From a virus (lineage: Duplodnaviria; Caudoviricetes): DNA of 24,854 nt. The DNA is taken from the IMG/VR virus record IMGVR_UViG_3300009095_000068, positions 1-24,854 of that record; one strand, written 5' to 3'. A program made the translations under genes and the position numbers. Of this stretch, positions 22,802 to 24,854 are shown in pieces. Every line of letters begins with the position of its first letter. Position 1 is the first letter of the stretch. Below the pieces are notes generated by a model. It was not told the DNA's origin. It made no database searches and saw only the letters and a program-made list of their open reading frames with translations.

Positions 22802-23391
22802 TTGAGCCCCCTCTGCTCCATCTCTTCATAAATCTCTCGCTGCTGCGTTTCCGTCTCGCACTCGATAAGCACACCCAGCTGTTCGGTGAGCTGACGCCCC
22901 TCCTCCGGCTCAGCCGGCGTCAGCCCGTCCAGCAGGTCCGCCAACTCCGCGTCCGTGAACCCCGTATCGGGCAGGACGTCCTTCGGCAGCGTGTCCAGAA
23001 GGCTCGCCAGCGTCTCGTCGTCCCATGTCGCCAGTTCCGCCGTCCGGTTGTCCGCGATGGCGAACGCCACCGCCTCCACCGACGTGTCGTCCACCACCAC
23101 GGCGGCGATGTGCGTCCAGCCCAGGCTCTTGGCCGCCGCCAGCCGGCCGTTTCCGGCCCGGACCACCATCCCTTCCCGCTGCACCACGATGGGCAGCCGC
23201 TGCCCCCACCGGGACAGCGACGCGGCGATGGCGTCGAGGTTGCGCTGGTCGTGCCTGCGGGCGTTGGACGCGTCCGGGGTCAGATCGGCGATGGGAACAG
23301 CCAGGTGCCGAAGCGGCTCCGCGATGTAGTCGAGGCGCAGGGCCGCCCCTCCCTGTGCGGGTACTGGATTGTTAGCATGCTTTTCCATCAT
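22780..23391 (-). CDS. ParB/Srx N-terminal domain protein (203 aa)
   Basis: IADLTPDASNARRH...IAASLSRWGQRLPIVV...AGNGRLAAA...IADNRTAELATWD; ATGA coupling. Confidence 0.9.
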   Translation of the reverse strand: MMEKHANNPVPAQGGAALRLDYIAEPLRHLAVPIADLTPDASNARRHDQRNLDAIAASLSRWGQRLPIVVQREGMVVRAGNGRLAAAKSLGWTHIAAVVVDDTSVEAVAFAIADNRTAELATWDDETLASLLDTLPKDVLPDTGFTDAELADLLDGLTPAEPEEGRQLTEQLGVLIECETETQQREIYEEMEQRGLKCHVLTL

Positions 23392-24854
23392 CGTCCCCTC
23401 CCCCTCCCCAGGGCGCGGGCGCGGAAGCCCATGCCCACGACCGGCCCCGGCTCCACCGCCCGCTCCGTCACCGTCACCGTCACGATATGCGAGCCCGTCA
23501 GCCCCCCCGAGTCCGTCGCCGCCGCCCGCACCTCGTACTGCCCCGTCCGCGGCGGCGTCCACCCGACGCTCGCGCCGGTGCCGATGATGAAGAACGGGTC
23601 CGCGCTCCCGGCGGCCCGCAGGCCCCACTCGATCGAGTCCGACAGGTCCCCGTCCTCAACGTCGGTCGCCGTGGCAGTCAGCGTCGCCTCCTCGCCGACG
23701 TAGATGGTGTCGCCGTCGGTGGGGCTGGTGATCGCCACCTCCGGGGCGTAGTTGAGGTGCAGCGTGACCTCCACCCCGTCGATCGCCGCCTCCCCGATGA
23801 CCGCGTCGTCGGTGTTGCTCACCACGATCCCGATGCGGAGGTTGTCGAGCAGCGCCTTGGTGAGCGTCACCCCCCAGGCGTCCGCCGCCCCGCCGACCTC
23901 CACCAACGCCAGCGAGCCGGCGGGCATCGCCACCTGCCGCGCGTCGCCGACCGGCGTGACGCCGTCGTAGAGCCGCACCGAGGCGAGCATGGCCGCGACG
24001 CCTGCACCCAAGTCCCGCGAGGCGGCGTGCATGGAGACGGTGACCCCCAGCAGCTCGGCGTCCGCCGGGATCGGCTCATCCCACACCACCGCAGCGCTCC
24101 CCCGCAGCACATCGCTCTCATAGCCGGGGTCGAGCTCGCACACCGCCGGCAGCCCGTCCAGGTCCGAGGCCTCCCCCGGGTTGAACCACGAGTAGACGCC
24201 CCCGAGGCTCACGAAGTTCGCATGCCTCCCGGTGATCGTGCTCACGTCGCTACCTCCTCCCCCCGTCTCCGCCGCCGCCTCGATCAGCTCCCGCGCCCAG
24301 TCCACCGGCTCGCCGCCGCTGAACACCCAGCCCCCGGTCCACGGGTCCACGTCGATCAGGTCGTAGCTGTGGCCGACCGATGCGAGGTTCATCAGCGAGG
24401 ACACCGCCGCCGCCTCCCCCGACGCCGGCGCGGCGAACTCCATCCGCGTGAGGATTTCCGTCCAGTGCGGCGCGCCGGCGTCGCCGCCGCCCACCGAGAC
24501 GTTGCAGACCATCGCCGTGCCGTTCCACGCGACGCTGACCGTCCCCGGATGCTCCCGGATCCAGCTCCAGGGGCTGGCGGGGTTGGGCGTGCCGCCGTAG
24601 GTGCGAGCGTCGATCGCGGCATTGATCGCCTCCTCCAGACGCTCCGCCGCCTCGTCCAGGTCCTCGACGCCGGTGAAGTCCGCCGTCACGTCGTACCAGG
24701 TCCACCGCAGCCGCACGCGCAGCGACACCTCCCCGGCCGCCGACCACACCTCCGGGTCGGTCGTCACCGCCGGGACCGTCCAGTCTCGGTACGTGATGTG
24801 ACGCTGGGTTAGCCAGTGGCTGCCATCGGCGACCCACACGCACGCCCCGTCGTA
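23388..24854 (-). CDS. Large protein, 5'-truncated by the window edge, with a beta-sandwich domain and a C-terminal Ig-like (Big/PKD) domain
   Basis: Frame stays open to the edge (YDGACVWVADG...); APEVAITSPTDG...LTATATDVEDGDLSDSIEW...ATDSGG...VTVTV. Confidence 0.85.
   Translation of the reverse strand, partial: YDGACVWVADGSHWLTQRHITYRDWTVPAVTTDPEVWSAAGEVSLRVRLRWTWYDVTADFTGVEDLDEAAERLEEAINAAIDARTYGGTPNPASPWSWIREHPGTVSVAWNGTAMVCNVSVGGGDAGAPHWTEILTRMEFAAPASGEAAAVSSLMNLASVGHSYDLIDVDPWTGGWVFSGGEPVDWARELIEAAAETGGGGSDVSTITGRHANFVSLGGVYSWFNPGEASDLDGLPAVCELDPGYESDVLRGSAAVVWDEPIPADAELLGVTVSMHAASRDLGAGVAAMLASVRLYDGVTPVGDARQVAMPAGSLALVEVGGAADAWGVTLTKALLDNLRIGIVVSNTDDAVIGEAAIDGVEVTLHLNYAPEVAITSPTDGDTIYVGEEATLTATATDVEDGDLSDSIEWGLRAAGSADPFFIIGTGASVGWTPPRTGQYEVRAAATDSGGLTGSHIVTVTVTERAVEPGPVVGMGFRARALGRGRGR

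Larger units (their letters stand above)
1..24854. mobile_element. Tailed phage / prophage segment (HK97-fold capsid, non-contractile tail module plus early accessory region); both ends lie outside the window
   Basis: Canonical terminase-portal-protease-capsid-neck-tail-TMP gene order on the minus strand with overlapping start/stop codons; no host housekeeping genes seen. Confidence 0.97.

Noticed and set aside
22780-23391. Plasmid/chromosome partition ParB
   Set aside because: No ParA, HTH domain or parS-like site seen; only the ParB/Srx N-terminal domain.

Overview
GC-rich tailed-phage or prophage segment (HK97-fold, siphovirus-like). The host is probably a planctomycete, inferred from a Phycisphaerae-style dockerin protein. 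A complete minus-strand morphogenesis operon runs from the right edge to about 4.4 kb: Ig-domain protein, ParB-like protein, ABC-ATPase/GNAT fusion, TerS, TerL, portal fused to MuF, prohead protease, major capsid, decoration proteins, neck proteins, an internally duplicated tail tube, a short tape measure and Cys-rich tail-end proteins. The left 4.5 kb is a divergent control region. Rightward, two near-identical strong sigma70 promoter blocks drive an array of small unrelated ORFs, each separated by a conserved hairpin + GATTCGCAC + RBS spacer, and the array ends in an HTH gene. Leftward is an operon with a perfect 32-bp inverted repeat and a possible PemK/MazF-like gene. The best candidates for an undescribed system are the repeat-punctuated small-ORF cassette array with its RNA-structure logic, and the ParB/ABC-GNAT module overlapped antisense by an ASCH gene. 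No integrase, lysis enzyme, tRNA or CRISPR array was recognised. All assignments come from reading motifs by eye; no database searches were run.
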